Made by a program: the position numbers and the translations under genes. A stretch of DNA of 64,000 nucleotides from Octopus sinensis. Taxonomy: Eukaryota. Below the pieces are notes generated by a model that saw only the letters and a list, made by a program, of their open reading frames with translations, searched no databases and was not told the origin of the DNA. Below are positions 9,489 through 22,149 of this stretch, one piece after another; position 1 is the first letter of the stretch, and every line of letters begins with the position of its first letter. Location of the stretch: contig NC_043012.1 in NCBI RefSeq assembly GCF_006345805.1, positions 15,562,001 through 15,626,000 on the forward strand. Reading direction: 5' to 3'.

Positions 9489-11388
9489 TAGCTCAATGTT
9501 GCACAGTGGAACTGAACCCAAAGCCACATGGTTGCAAAGTGAACGTCTTAACCACTTGGCCATGCCTGCACTTGGGGGAAGTTTTTCTGAGTAATGATGA
9601 ACCAACAACTTCTATAATGATCCTATGATAGGAATGTATTATGTTCTACTGTCACACTGACCTATTACAGAACTTGATTTCCTTATGGTCTACAGACAAA
9701 AAGAACATAGTGCTTTGGGGTTAATCCAGTCCTGGATTTATTTACTATTATGGCTTACACTAAGTAACCCCCTTTGTTCAAGGCTGACTTGAGACTAAAC
9801 AATAACGTAACTGAAGTGGAGTTTTCTTTCTCCGTTTTTTTTTCTTTTTAGGTTTTGCCTCTGCATTGGTTAGCAGTGATTGTTTGCAAGCAAAAATATG
9901 TGTCTTAATTGATATGATTGCAGTTTTCTTAGACTGAAAGTCTACCGATATCTTTGATGTTTTACTTGTTTCAATCATTTGACTAGGGTCACGTTGGGAC
10001 ACCACCTTGAAAAGGATGCAGTAATGTTAGTCATTATTTATAAATAAAATAAAACAAACAAATAAAAATATGATTTCTCTATGGCAAGAGTTTTACTGTA
10101 TAATGAACATTTCCTATTCTGTTAATCACAGAAAAGTTATACTTGATACTATTAATAAAACGGTTTCTAAATTAGGAAAAAGGCCAGCAGTTTTGAAGGG
10201 AGGAAAATTAGTGAATACCATTGACCCCAGTACTTAACTGCTACCTTATTTTATCAACCCAAGGATAATGAAAGCCAAAATATACTTTTAAAGTGTAATA
10301 TACCGACTAAATTGCCAAATATATGTGTTTATTTTTTCTGACCTATAGATTCTTACATGACTTGCACATATGTGACCAACCATAGGCTTGATTCCACGTA
10401 AAATCAACATTTTTCATCCGGTTTCATTCATGCTTGATAAATATATCACTTTTGTTCCGCAGAAGGTTCTACAGTCTTTAGATTTGCCATTTATGGAGTA
10501 ATGGAACATCTAGGTTTAAAAGGTCAGAAAACTTACGATAGCAACTATTGTGGACAAGGGAGGTAACTCTTTGTGAAGTAATGGTTAGAAATTGATTATC
10601 TCCCTTACATGTGTGTGTGTGTGTGTGTGTGTGCATCGTCGTTCTCAGAGAAACATTTACAAACTCAGACTACGGTACAACGAACGCACCTGTTACCATG
10701 CGGCGTTCGATAAATTCCGTAAAAATTATTTATTTATTTATTTCTGCGGCTGGAAATGTACATTTCCTTTGATGTCAGCATATGTCGTGAAAGAGAGAAA
10801 AATGACAGGGACGTGTGTATGCGTTGATGAGGGAAGCGAGACAGAAAGTGTGTGTTTGCGAGAGAGAAGAAGGAAGTACTTCTTCCCGTCACCCCTCCCC
10901 CCCGTTTTCTCCCAAACTATTGTTTTGTATTTTTTTTTTTTCTCAAAACCCCCCACCTTTTCAGATACGGAATTTTGAAATTTTTGCACCCCCCCCCCCA
11001 GTTATTTCAAAATGCCGATTTTTGCCAATTTTCTTGCAGATTTGTATTCTTCAAGGATCTTTTCATTTTCGAAGCCAATTTTTTCAAATTTTTAACTACT
11101 GAACCAAACAATTTGAAACTTCGTATATTGGTAGAATGTGTCAAAAGTAAACTTAATTGTAAACTAGAAAGATCTGGGGTCCTGGCTTCGAAAATGAAAA
11201 GATCCTAGCTGAAAAGGGAGGGATTGTGTACAGAAAAAAAAAATAAATAAAAAGGGTTGTCTTTGGTGGGGTACAAAAGGAAGCGTTGCCGAGATGTTCT
11301 CTGTGTGTGTGTGTGTGAGGGAGAGAATAGCGTACATTTTTTTGTTGTTTCTCCTCACATCATTTTTGAATGAGTGTGTGAGTAACTG

Positions 11389-11419
<31 letters not shown>

Positions 11420-11423
<4 letters not shown>

Positions 11424-11531
11424 GTGTCGGAAAGGGAGGGAGAAAGTGAGTGTGTGTTTGACTGAAAGAGAGAGAGAGAGAGAGAGAGAGGGGTGTTGTC
11501 GGAAAGGGAGGGAGAAAGTGTGTATCACTGT

Positions 11532-11562
<31 letters not shown>

Positions 11563-11668
11563 GTTGTCGGAAAGGGAGGGAGAAAGTGTGTATCACTGTG
11601 AAGAGAGAGAGAGAGAAGAGAGAGAGAGAGGGGTGTTGTCGGAAAGGGAGGGAGAAAGTGTGTATCAC

Positions 11669-11704
<36 letters not shown>

Positions 11705-11881
11705 GTTGTCGGAAAGGGAGGGAGAAAGTGTGTATCACTGTGAGAGAGAGAGAGAGAGAGAGAGAGGGGGGTGTTGTCGGAAAGGGAGGGAGAAAGTGTG
11801 TATCACTGTGAGAGGAGAGAGAGAGAGAGAGAGGAGAGAGAGGGGGTGTTGTCGGAAAGGGAGGGAGAAAGTGTGTATCAC

Positions 11882-11919
<38 letters not shown>

Positions 11920-11953
11920 GTTGTCGGAAAGGGAGGGAGAAAGTGTGTATCAC

Positions 11954-11992
<39 letters not shown>
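11420..11992 (+). repeat. Minisatellite, about 70-bp unit x 8
   Basis: Unit gtgttgtcggaaagggagggagaaagtgtgtatcactgt(ga)n at about 11421 (variant), 11493, 11561, 11635, 11703, 11771, 11846 and 11917. Confidence 0.92.
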
Positions 11993-11996
<4 letters not shown>

Positions 11997-12199
11997 TCTT
12001 GCTCTGTATGTGTGTGTGAGAGGGGGGGAGAGTGTGTGCGAGACACCGTTTTTAAATTTGAAAATGCTCTTTCGCCTGAGAAACATGTATGCATGTGTAT
12101 TTATGTATGTACGTGGCAGTTAATGGGTGTATGTATGTGTTTTTGTGTGCGTGTGTGACTGATCCTACCCATTTTAAACATACATGACAACACCTCCCT

Positions 12200-12735
12200 C
12201 CCCCTTTCTCTCTCTCTCTCTCTCAGTCAATCACTCACACTCTCACTCACTAAAAAAAAGATGTAAAAAAAAACTAAATAAATTTTTAAAAATTATGCTA
12301 TCAAATTCCCCCCCCCTCTCTTTCCAACAATGCACACCTCTCTCTCTCTCTCAGTCAATCACTCACACTCTCACTCACTAAAAAAAAGATGTAAAAAAAA
12401 ACTAAATAAATTTTTTTAAATTATGCTATCAATCCCCCCCCTCTCTCTCTTTCCAACAATGCACACCTCTCTCTCTCTCTCAGTCAATCACTCACACTCT
12501 CACTCACTAAAAAAAGATGTAAAAAAAAACTAAATAAATTTTTTTTAAATTATGCTATCAATCTCCCCCCTCTCTCTCTCTTCCAACAATGCACACCTCT
12601 CTCTCTCTCTCAGTCAATCACTCACACTCTCACTCACTAAAAAAAGATGTAAAAAAAAACTAAATAAATTTTTTTAAATTATGCTATCAATCTCCCCCCC
12701 CCTCTCTCTCTCTCCAGTCAATCACTCACTCGAAA
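12200..12735 (+). repeat. Minisatellite, about 129-bp unit x 4 plus a partial copy
   Basis: The anchor cagtcaatcactcac occurs at 12224, 12352, 12481, 12611 and 12715. Confidence 0.9.
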
Positions 12736-13140
12736 AGGATGCAAGGAAAAATAAATTTAAAAAATGTAGTTTCTCTCTCTCCCTCACACGTGCACACACA
12801 CACACACACACACACATCTCTCTCTTTCTCTCTCACTTTCTCTCTATCTTTCTCATTTTCTCTTTCTCACACACACAATACACACTTTCTGTCTTGCACC
12901 CGCCCCCCCCCATTAACACATACCCTTATCCCTGTCAATTTTCTCTCTCTTTCACTTTATCCTGACATCAAATGAAATGTACATTTCCACCCACAAAAAT
13001 AAATTAAAAAAAACATTTTACGGATTTTTACCGAACGCTGTACCTTAACAACTTTTGGATTAGATGTGTTTGGTTTGACATTTTTGCGAGCCATGTCAAA
13101 AGATCGTCCAATTTCGTCCTCGGAGACATCTACACACACA

Positions 13141-14420
13141 CTGGCAGAATCATCTTAGACGCACCTGGCAGAATCATCTTAGACGCACCTGGCAGAACTG
13201 AAAAAACATTCCTCTTGAATCTTATTCTTGCGAAATTGTGACATAATGGTGACCTTGCTATTGCTGTTGCTGCCCCAGCAATAGTCTTGACTCTTCTCGA
13301 CGGCAGATGAACAGCACACTCTACCTTCAAATTGCCATTCAATGTGGCACATCAAGAAAACCCGACGTGCCACATAATGCATTCCTCAGACGAAGCAACA
13401 ATTTTGAAAAAGTGCAAGCTCATTGTTTGGGATGAAGCAACTATGTTCCATAAATGTTCCCTAACAGCACTTCATTTTACAACGAGAGATCTTAGATCAA
13501 ACAACAACATCCTTAGAGGCGTGACTCTACTTATTGCATGAGATCTTCGGCAAACTCTGTCTATTATACCCAAAGGAACACCCGCTGATGAACATCCCTT
13601 GAAAAGTCCCTCCTTTGGTCGCATATCCAATTGAAACAACTCACTATCAATATGAAATCACTCCTACAGACTGGTGAGCCTACAACCCAGTTTTTGGAAA
13701 TACTCCTTAAAATTGGCAATGGGCAAATTACGTCCAATGATAATGGATACATTGACACTACCACCATTGGCAACACTGTATCCAGCCCTGATGACTTATG
13801 TTCTGCTGTTTATCCAAATCTTACAACGGAATACATAAAGCCAGATTGACTTCGCGACAGGGCTGTTTTTGCACCTACAAATACTGCTGTCAACACTCTT
13901 ATATACGGCTTACTTGATCAGCTACCTTCTCAAGAATGTTGTTACAGATCAGGTTACAGAATTTCTCAACTCCCAAGATCCTCCAGGACTCTCTCCCCAT
14001 GAACTTCACTTAAAAGCTGGTTGCATGTCATCCTCCTATGCAATCTAAATGCACTCACACCATGAAATGGAACTTGCTTTGTGGTCAAACAAATGATGGA
14101 CCATGTCATTGAAGCCCAAATTATCATGGGACATGGCAAAAATAATAGTTTTCATTCCCCAAAATTCCGCTAACCCAAACAGACTTCCCCTACCCTGTGT
14201 AGAGATTTCAGTTCCCTCTGAAACTCAGCTTCACCATGACAATTAGCAAAGCACAAGGTCAGTCGCTGAAAGTTGTCGGATTGGACCTTCAAACATCGTG
14301 CTTTTCACATGGACAGATCTACGTCAGTTGTTCCAGAGTTGTCTATCCAGACAACTTATTCATCTATGCTCAAGAAGGAAAAACAAAGAATATCATCTGC
14401 AAAGCAACCCTTCAGTAGTT
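13141..14420 (+). mobile_element. Helitron Rep/Hel PIF1-like helicase remnant (stops and frameshifts)
   Basis: LDAPGRTEKTFLL (decayed Walker A), TAHSTFKLP, LIVWDEATM (motif II), FAPTN and [10 protein letters not shown]...[12 protein letters not shown] (motifs V/VI) appear in order across frames. Confidence 0.9.
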
Positions 14421-15052
14421 ATTCCTCTACTGCATTCTTCACATCTACGCCAAACTGTAGTCGTTAGCACTCAAACTTCCTGCAAGCATTTAATTCATAT
14501 GTTGCTTTATTTCCCTGATTGTTGTTAATAGTACATTACTTTCATTGACCCTTCTTACTTTGCGCACACTGTTCTCTCATAAGCATACTCTGGCATTTAG
14601 TTTTGTAGATGCCGCTATTCTATTTGTGAGTTTGCTGTAAATGTTTGCTTCTCTTTATCATACATGACTTTCATTGAAAAAAAAAGCTTCAATGCTGTTG
14701 TGTCAGGTATTACAAGAAAAATAAGTACATGATACAAAATGCTTCAAGTAAGATATATGATCTCTAATACCTACTGCGATTGTGGTCCCATTTCATGGAC
14801 TTTCATTTATTACTAACTGCTAAATTTGTATTCAAAAAAATTTATTCATTACCTAAGTTTCTTAATACCATATCATAAGCTACTAACAAAAATGGTAATT
14901 ATACATTTATGCTTATCAACTTGAAACGGCTTCTAACTGCAGACTAATTCAACTTAAACTGTCCACAAGAGTGCACCATTATAATAATTACACCATCCTA
15001 AGGACAGGTGCATTTGCATGCATATATATACTTATATATATATATATATGTA

Positions 15053-15090
15053 TCTTTCTGTTGAAGAGCGTAGGCTCGAAACGTTAAAGA
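15053..15090 (+). ncRNA. Minimal type-I hammerhead-like motif with a variant core
   Basis: TCTTT-CTGTTGA-A-GAGC-gtag-GCTC-GAA-ACGT-T-AAAGA. Stems I and II are perfect; core A6 is replaced by T. Confidence 0.6.
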
Positions 15091-15281
15091 CTTGTTTTAT
15101 TTATATTTCCTGAGCGCCATACTAATACAATTGTTTGTTTGTTTTCCACCTGCCTTCGTCTTTTGTCTATTTTCATAAAGCTTTCCGTTATATATATATA
15201 AATGAAAGAATGGAGTTGAACGACGATTTAACAAAATTCCTTTATTCTCGACATTCATTCAACTACTTAAATATATATATA

Positions 15282-15335
<54 letters not shown>

Positions 15336-15867
15336 CATACTAAGATTTCTCGTTTTTTTTTATCCTTTGTACTTCATTCGCTATTAACCCTTTAAATGTA
15401 TTAACAGCTTGTTTTCATGAGCTAACCATTGAAAATGTCCCCTCAAAATATATAATTTTATCTCTCATGTAATTTCGTTAAGATAATTACTCGTTTCTCG
15501 GTCTATTTAATCTCATTCTTATTACCATTATTTTCGTCCTGTCCCTAAACAAAGCTTTGCTTGTTCACGGTGCACCCACCCTTTCCCCCACCCCACCACC
15601 ACCAATACCGGATATTTCTATCTTTCCACCATCTACACCGGATATCCCTTCTCCCACTACCTGTGTCTATTCTCTCAACCTCTCCTCCTCACTGGGCTGT
15701 TCTCTATATATTACCTGCACTTCTCTCTCTCCTAGGACAAATGCAGCCAGCCCAGCTGCTCATCCACCCACCCACTTAACCGATTATCTTACGTTTCGTT
15801 CTGTCTAGAAATTTGTCACCACCACCACCACCAGATATCTCTTCTCCCAATTCCCACTCCTCGCTCC

Positions 15868-16082
15868 AGTTCACTCAGCTGTAGAAATGAGTTGCGACAT
15901 CACTGGTGCCAAGCTGTATCGGCCTTTGCCTTTCCCTTGGATAACATCAGTGGTGTGGAGAAGGGAGGCTGGTATGCATGGGCAACTGCTAGCCTTCCAC
16001 AAACAATCTTGCCCTGACTTGTGCCTCAGAGGGTAACTTTCTAGGTGCAATCCCATGGTCATTCATGACCGAAGGGGTCTCC
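15868..16082 (+). mobile_element. SINE 3' part
   Basis: The tail gggtaactttctaggtgcaatcccatggtcattcatgaccgaagggg recurs inverted at about 44835-44905 and 48540-48830. Confidence 0.7.
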
Positions 16083-16817
16083 TCGGAAACACAAGTAGCG
16101 TGTAACAAACTACATTTGTTATTTTCACTTTATAGCATTTTATTGCATGCTGTAAGTAACTTACAATACTTCTAGGATTGGGGTTGTCAGATCCTTGCTT
16201 TATCTTCCAGTTTTGTGACAAATGAATGGAATATTGTTAATCAAACAGTTTGCAAATTAATTGATCTACTGCGTTCCCTTAGACTACCTTACTAGCCAGA
16301 CATATGGAAGCTACTGATCTGTCCATGATCATTGTGATTCCTTCCATTTCTTATATCTATTCATGTCATTCTAGAAATATGTGTGTGTATGTCGTTATTC
16401 AGTTTTATTTCAAGATTTCTTGCCAATAGAAGAAGAGATCCAAGGCTCCTTCATTAGAATATCAATAAGATCAACAGTGTATTTTTGCATGTATGTGTAT
16501 ACATGTGCAGTATTTGGAGTTAGTGCATGTACAAATTTGTATGTTTAGTTTTATGCATGTATTCTCATGCATATAGCTGCATGTCTAGGCATGCACATAT
16601 ATATATATATATACTTAAATGATAAACTTCTGGAAAGTTTTAGAAATTTTTACAGTTCCAGTGATGGCTTGGATCTGTAGTCTTTGAATCAGTTTTCTCT
16701 TTTCTGATTGTGAGAAGCCTAATACATACATACATACATACATACATACATACATACATACATACATACATACATACATACATACATACATACATACGTA
16801 TATATATATATATATAT

Positions 16818-16864
<47 letters not shown>

Positions 16865-18146
16865 CGAGGGACGTTCAATAAGTAATGCTTCTGACCCACT
16901 TGCAGTTGATTGATCTAGCTGAAATTTTGCATGTGCAATTATTTATATCTCTATAGATTAAGGGGCAAATTACACCTCTGAACTAATTGTGGTTTCTGAT
17001 CTACAGGTGTTTGAACTGAGTCAAGTGTGAAATGGAGCCAGTTGAGTGTCGAGCAGTGATCCGGTTTTTGTATTTGAAAGGACGCACACCACGGGAGAAT
17101 TTTGATGAAATGAAAGTAACTTATGCTGATGATGCCCCATCATATGACCTTGTAAAACGCTGGCATCATGAATTTAAACATGGTCGGAACTCTGTGGAAA
17201 CAGCTCCCAGATCTGGTCGCCCCCCTTCTGCCACTGATGAGGCATCTGTCCGTCAAGTTGAGGCTGCCATTTTGGAAGATCGACGCATAACTATTCGCCA
17301 AATAGCCCATGAGATCAAGATTAGTACCGGGTCTGTGGAAACTATCATTTATGACCATTTGCATATGCAAAAGGTGTCTGCCAGATGGATTCCCAGGTTG
17401 CTCACACCTTTCCAGAAGCAAGAACGCGTCGAGTGCTCGAGGATGAATTTGGAGATGTGCCAAGAAGATGAGTCAAAATTTTTCAAAAGACTGATTAGAC
17501 AGGATGAAACCTGGGCCCATCACTATAATCCAGAGACCAAAGCCCAGTCAATGCAGTGGAAGCACCGTGACTCACCTCCTCCAGAGAAGGCAAGGGTGCA
17601 GCCCTCCGCTGGCAAGGTCATGCTCACAGTCTTCTGGGACCAGGACGGAGTAGTGATGACAGATTTCCTGGCAAAGAGTACCACAATTACAGGAGCCTAT
17701 TATGCTTCACTTTTGAGGAAATTAAGAGAAGCTATCAAAATCAAGAGGCGGGGCAAGATCAGCTAAGCATCCTCCTCCTGCAGGACAACGCTCCGGTTCA
17801 CAACTCGCGTGTTGCCAGATCAGAAGCACAGGCGTGCGGCTATGAACTCCTCCCCCACCCCCTACTCTCCTGACCTTGCACCCTCTGATTTTCACCTCTT
17901 CCCAGCCATGAAGTTGTTTTTGAAAGGAAAGCATTTCCCATATGATGCAGCCTTGATTTCTGAAGTCACGTCGTGGTTGGAGGACCAAGCTGGGGTCTTC
18001 TACAAAAACGGTCTCCAGAGCTGCATCAAACGATGGGAGAAATGCGTAACTCTGGGTGGTTCCTATGTAAAAAAAGACTAATAACTGTGCCAAGTTTCGT
18101 TGCTCTACTGCTATGGGAAGTGGGTCAGGGGCATTACTTATTGAAC
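16865..18146 (+). mobile_element. Mariner (DD34D) transposon, near full length, frameshifted
   Basis: Left end TA|CGAGGGACGTTCAATAAGTAATGC; the right TIR remnant GCATTACTTATTGAAC is at 18131-18146. The transposase starts at 17032 and contains WIPRLL, QDETW, QDNAPVH and YSPDLAPSDFHLF, with two frameshifts near 17765 and 17860. Confidence 0.95.
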
Positions 18147-18257
18147 TTACTTGGAGAAGAGAAATAGAGAAATAACGCGTGCGTCCGGTCATATAATAAC
18201 AATATAATAAATAAATAAAATATATGCATATATACATACTTACATCTACATGTATAT

Positions 18258-18300
<43 letters not shown>

Positions 18301-19438
18301 TACAGGACACCCCAAATAAGCGTAGAACACAACGAGAAACGAAAACATAAAATCAAACAAGGAAACGGACTTTTTTTAACAACGAAAAAACAGAGTACAG
18401 GACAAACAATACCAGGAAAATTACCTTTCATCAGCTGCCTCTGGTTCGACTCAATGCGTGTTAAACAATTCGTTGTTAAAAAAAGTCCGTTTCCTTGTTT
18501 GATTTTATGTTTTCGTTTCTCGTTGTGTTCTACGTTTATTTGTGGTGTCTTGTACTCATATATATATATATATAATATTCCAACCCATGCTAGCATGGAG
18601 AACGGACGTTAAACGATGATGATGATGATGATATATATATATATATGCATGTCTATATACATGTAGATGTAAGTATGTACATATATGTATGTATATATGC
18701 ATATATTTTATTTATTTATTATATTGTTATTATATGACCGAATGCACGCGTGATTTCTCTATTCTCTTCTCCAAGTAAGTTTTTATTTGAATAATCATGA
18801 CGCGCACTCTTACTCTTTACTTGACTTTTCCTCCCTGCCTGTCTGTCTTCCTCTCTACTTGTCTCTCTCCTTATTTCTCACCCTTTCTGGTTTCTTTTCT
18901 CCTCTCTCTCTCCCCTCCTCCTCTCTCAGGCAGTTGATCAGAGGGCTACTAAAAACTTTCTTTCAGCTTCGTGCTTCAACAAGCATACATCGACTTCCCT
19001 GTCTTTCGCAAGCCGATTTTTCACATGCGTTCTAACTAATTTTTCCACCGTCTAAACCTAAAAAAAGCCCTTATTGTTGGTTCCCTGTCCTGTTATTCTT
19101 TATTTGTACTGTTTTTTTCATCATTTGTATTGCTTTTACGTCCTGTTCTTGTCACTTGTTTTACCCCTCTGCAAAAGAATTTTACTTAATTCCTTTTGCA
19201 GATAGGATTTCTTCGGTCTGGCCGTGTTCTGCCCTTACCTTCGAAACATGCATTGAGTCGAACCAGAGGCAGCTGATGAAGGGGAATTTTCCTTGTATTG
19301 TTTGTCCTGTACTCTGTTTTTTCGTTGTTAAAAAAAGTCCGTTTCCTTGTTTTTTTGTTGTTAAAAAAAGTCCGTTTCCTTGTTTGATTTTATGTTTTCG
19401 TTTCTTGTTGTGTTCTACGTTTATTTGGGGTGTCCTGT

Positions 19439-19470
<32 letters not shown>

Positions 19471-21478
19471 TATATATATATATGAGTACAGGACACCCCA
19501 AATAAGCGTAGAACACAACGAGAAACGAAAACATAAAATCAAACAAGGAAACGGACTTTTTTTAACAACGAAAAAACAGAGTACAGGACAAACAATACCA
19601 GGAAAATTACCTTTCATCAGCTGCCTCTGGTTCGACTCAATGCGTGTTAAACAATTCGTTGTTAAAAAAAGTCCGTTTCCTTGTTTGATTTTATGTTTTC
19701 GTTTCTCGTTGTGTTCTACGTTTATTTGTGGTGTCTTGTACTCATATATATATATATATATATATTCCAACCCATGCTAGCATGGAGAACGGACGTTAAA
19801 CGATGATGATGATGATGATATATATATATATATGCATGTCTATATACATGTAGATGTAAGTATGTACATATATGTATGTATATATGCATATATTTTATTT
19901 ATTTATTATATTGTTATTATATGACCGAATGCACGCGTGATTTCTCTATTTCTCTTCTCCAAGTAAGTTTTTATTTGAATAATCATGACGCGCACTCTTA
20001 CTCTTTACTTGACTTTTCCTCCCTGCCTGTCTGTCTTCCTCTCTACTTGTCTCTCTCCTTATTTCTCACCCTTTCTGGTTTCTTTTCTCCTCTCTCTCTC
20101 CCCTCCTCCTCTCTCAGGCAGTTGATCAGAGGGCTACTAAAAACTTTCTTTCAGCTTCGTGCTTCAACAAGCATACATCGACTTCCCTGTCTTTCGCAAG
20201 CCGATTTTTCACATGCGTTCTAACTAATTTTTCCACCGTCTAAACCTAAAAAAAGCCCTTATTGTTGGTTCCCTGTCCTGTTATTCTTTATTTGTACTGT
20301 TTTTTTCATCATTTGTATTGCTTTTACGTCCTGTTCTTGTCACTTGTTTTACCCCTCTGCAAAAGAATTTTACTTAATTCCTTTTGCAGATAGGATTTCT
20401 TCGGTCTGGCCGTGTTCTGCCCTTACCTTCGAAACATGCATTGAGTCGAACCAGAGGCAGCTGATGAAGGGGAATTTTCCTTGTATTGTTTGTCCTGTAC
20501 TCTGTTTTTTCGTTGTTAAAAAAAGTCCGTTCCTTGTTTGATTTTATGTTTTCGTTTCTCGTTGTGTTCTACGTTTATTTGTGGTGTCTTGTACTCATAT
20601 ATATATATATATATATATTCCAACCCATGCTAGCATGGAGAACGGACGTTAAACGATGATGATGATGATGATATATATATATATATGCATGTCTATATAC
20701 ATGTAGATGTAAGTATGTACATATATGTATGTATATATGCATATATTTTATTTATTTATTATATTGTTATTATATGACCGAATGCACGCGTGATTTCTCT
20801 ATTTCTCTTCTCCAAGTAAGTTTTTATTTGAATAATCATGACGCGCACTCTTACTCTTTACTTGACTTTTCCTCCCTGCCTGTCTGTCTTCCTCTCTACT
20901 TGTCTCTCTCCTTATTTCTCACCCTTTCTGGTTTCTTTTCTCCTCTCTCTCTCCCCTCCTCCTCTCTCAGGCAGTTGATCAGAGGGCTACTAAAAACTTC
21001 TTTCAGCTTCGTGCTTCAACAAGCATACATCGACTTCCCTGTCTTTCGCAAGCCGATTTTTCACATGCGTTCTAACTAATTTTTCCACCGTCTAAACCTA
21101 AAAAAAGCCCTTATTGTTGGTTCCCTGTCCTGTTATTCTTTATTTGTACTGTTTTTTTCATCATTTGTATTGCTTTTACGTCCTGTTCTTGTCACTTGTT
21201 TTACCCCTCTGCAAAAGAATTTTACTTAATTCCTTTTGCAGATAGGATTTCTTCGGTCTGGCCGTGTTCTGCCCTTACCTTCGAAACATGCATTGAGTCG
21301 AACCAGAGGCAGCTGATGAAGGGGAATTTTCCTTGTATTGTTTGTCCTGTACTCTGTTTTTTCGTTGTTAAAAAAAGTCCGTTTCCTTGTTTTTTTGTTG
21401 TTAAAAAAAGTCCGTTTCCTTGTTTGATTTTATGTTTTCGTTTCTTGTTGTGTTCTACGTTTATTTGGGGTGTCCTGT

Positions 21479-21553
<75 letters not shown>

Positions 21554-21630
21554 TGTATATATACATGTAGATGTAAGTATGTACATATATGTATGTATAT
21601 ATGCATATTTTTATTTATTTATTATATTGT

Positions 21631-21640
<10 letters not shown>
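18147..21640. repeat. Tandem array of a composite repeat (periods 1187 and 853 bp) with internal 89-bp inverted repeats; possibly Penelope-like LTR-derived
   Basis: The anchor caacccatgctagc occurs at 18581, 19768 and 20621, and the copies are nearly identical. Hairpin arms 18298-18386 and 18469-18557 are repeated from 19484. A related copy lies at about 47330-47525. Confidence 0.8.
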
Positions 21641-21674
<34 letters not shown>

Positions 21675-22149
21675 CCTTTTTATCTTCTCTCTTTCATTGC
21701 TGTTTATCTCTCAAGATGGTCCTCTTAATACAGCAGACATTCCTGCCATGACCATCTTATTTTTTTCTCTTCTTGGCTCTATGGTGTTACAGACTTTATT
21801 ATCCAATGTATTTTTTATTAAAACAGTAAGGTGTAGTTTCTGAGAGATTTGATTACTAATTTTAGCAAATGAAATGACCATGTAGAAGCTCCCTTATTGG
21901 CTTGTTGTTGGTGAGTGAGGGCTAGTATTGTGTGTAATGAACTTGTTTACCATTTGTTGTTAGATATTGTTGGTTTTACATGTCTTCTGACTCTGTTTTG
22001 GGAATCATTGATCATTTAGAAGTTGAATATCATCTGTTGGTCGTATGAAAGCACAAAACATATTGGTGAGGTGTGAAACGAAAACAGACTATTGATAAGA
22101 GCTCCTGTCCAAAATGTTTGTCCCTACTTTATCTCTTATCATAAGTACT

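Larger units (their letters stand above)
10703..13038. mobile_element. Foldback-like element: about 170-bp imperfect terminal inverted repeats enclosing oppositely oriented tandem arrays
   Basis: 10703-~10870 is inverted relative to ~12860-13038 (e.g. ggaaatgtacatttcctttgatgtcag vs ctgacatcaaatgaaatgtacatttcc). The left interior is GA-rich and the right interior is CT-rich. Confidence 0.65.

Noticed and set aside
11355-12158. ORFs of 243 and 221 aa with SL/RE repeats
   Set aside because: They are translations of the (GA)n minisatellite, with no coding signal.
11420-12735. Regular repeats as a CRISPR-like array
   Set aside because: Spacers are variable-length (GA)n or identical, the context is eukaryotic, and there are no cas genes.
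13580-13612. CTGATGA...GAAAAGTC hammerhead-like string
   Set aside because: It lies inside Helitron coding remnant and has no stem II.
19240-19300. GAAAC...GTC...CTGATGA in the tandem array as a hammerhead
   Set aside because: I could not form stem I, and CTGATGA-AGG...CCT is followed by TGTA rather than GAAA.
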